Source: Pocillopora damicornis (lineage: Eukaryota). From it: a stretch of 64,000 bases of DNA. The position numbers were made by a program, and so were the translations under genes. Location of the stretch: contig NW_020845260.1 in NCBI RefSeq assembly GCF_003704095.1, positions 62,001-126,000 on the forward strand. The letters are read 5' to 3'. The notes under the pieces were generated by a model. The model saw only the letters and a program-made list of their open reading frames with translations, was not told the origin of the DNA and made no database searches. Positions 62,850 to 64,000 of this stretch are shown one piece after another; positions within the stretch are counted from its first letter, which is position 1; every line of letters begins with the position of its first letter.

Positions 62850-63587
62850 AACTGTGAATCCCTTATCTTCCATAATGGAGCCTTTGTCATCAAATGATAG
62901 ATTTAAAAATCCACCCATCAGGAGAAATACCAACCAAACCCTCCAAAGTTATATGATTTTTGTAAGCACTGAAAAGTTCTTAATTCAACTGCAAGCTGCT
63001 TGGCGTTTGACATCTAACCTCAGTACAGTCATTATGACTCTAGTAGACTTGTACCTTCCCGTAGAAGATTCGGGCATTGCATTCATTACTTTTCTGATGG
63101 GCCAAATGTTTATTTGTCCAAACTTAAAAAACATAAAATTGACCCATGTGATAAATATTCTACATATTGTGGATGCTGATACTTTAAATAACTGAGCTAA
63201 ATGGTCCTCTAGGAATCTTTGCCTCAGTCTACGCATGACTATAAAAAAATTCATCAAGGGGCCTTAAAGATCTAGCTCTACCATTTTTTATTAGTGGTCT
63301 GCCCTCAATGTAATCAGACTCAGTGTTGTTGCAGTTTTTGACCGCCAGTAGGAAATGATCAAGAAACTCAAAAACAGCCATTAAAGCGTCCCAGCTTCGA
63401 AAGCCAGTATAAAAGCGGCATTGGAATCTTCCGACTTACATTTTTCAAAGTTAAACAATCTTTTATTAAGAGCATCACGTTGGGTATCTTGCAGTTGGCG
63501 CTTAAGTTCCTTAATTACCTGTTCGAGTTTATGATTCTTCTTGTTATTGTTGTCAATAATTTCTCTCAAGTAGACCTCCTGGGGGTC

Positions 63588-63620
<33 letters not shown>

Positions 63621-63736
63621 TGCAGTATGATTTTATNNNNNNNNNNNNNNNNNNNNNNNNNNNNNNNNNNNNNNNNNNNNNNNNNNNNNNNNNNNNNNNN
63701 NNNNNNNNNNNNNNNNNNNNNNNNNNNNNNNNNNNN

Positions 63737-63783
<47 letters not shown>

Positions 63784-63980
63784 GACCCACCTCCTGGTCG
63801 GTAAAATTAGTTTTTGTTTCGTCTTCGACTTTTAAGCTACAATCCCGTAGATCTGAGACCATTTCGCTTGATAATTTGTTTGACGATTCGTTTAATAATT
63901 CTTCAAGAACAACTGCTGGGGTAGACAATTTTCGTGATGCATCTTTCGAAGCTGTTAGTTCGAAGTTTCTTTCCGCCGGC
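62850..63980 (-). mobile_element. Decayed PIF/Harbinger-superfamily (ISL2EU-like) transposase
   Basis: FFIVMRRLRQRFLEDHLAQLFKVSASTICRIFITW..IWP..MPES..YKSTRVI (HTH_Tnp_4-like); IMEDKGFT (DDE DxGF motif). Confidence 0.82.
63583..63788. mobile_element. TIR element with 9-bp TSD (Mutator-like), interior in an assembly gap
   Basis: 52-bp inverted repeats 63583-63634 / 63737-63788 (1 mismatch); ACCTCCTGG at 63574-63582 and 63789-63797. Confidence 0.85.
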
Positions 63981-64000
63981 TCCNNNNNNNNNNGTGGCGA

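Noticed and set aside
1-64000. Short ORFs in the six-frame track as host genes
   Set aside because: Most are chance frames across tRNAs, spacers or N-runs; paralogous copies do not preserve frames; the only recognisable proteins are transposon fragments

Overview
AT-rich eukaryotic (animal) genomic DNA with no intact host protein-coding gene. The interspersed repeats resemble those I associate with stony corals/anthozoans, but that is an unverified inference. The window is a large tRNA gene cluster evolving by birth and death. It holds about 16 intact or near-intact tRNA genes (Ala AGC/TGC/CGC, Val CAC/AAC, Asp GTC x3, Pro AGG/CGG, Thr AGT, Ile GAT) and more than 40 decayed copies or fragments, on both strands, in shuffled direct and inverted segmental duplications. 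A 6-7 kb core block occurs three times. Most unusual features: (1) nearly every Ile copy carries the eukaryote-atypical G34 anticodon GAT on a eukaryotic Ile body, with one perfect copy and one showing a compensatory stem change; (2) a relic of an apparently spliced, possibly secreted-peptide gene is repeated about 13 times, placed head-to-head with tRNA-Thr; (3) tRNA copies often die by microhomology-bounded deletions. Mobile element relics include an L1/Tx1 3' end with a 15-bp TSD, CR1/L2 LINEs, Penelope with minimal hammerhead motifs, DIRS and Crypton tyrosine-recombinase fragments, ISL2EU/Harbinger, a 9-bp-TSD TIR element and tRNA-derived SINE-like repeats. Six N-gaps limit structural conclusions. 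All coordinates were read by eye and may be off by a few bases.
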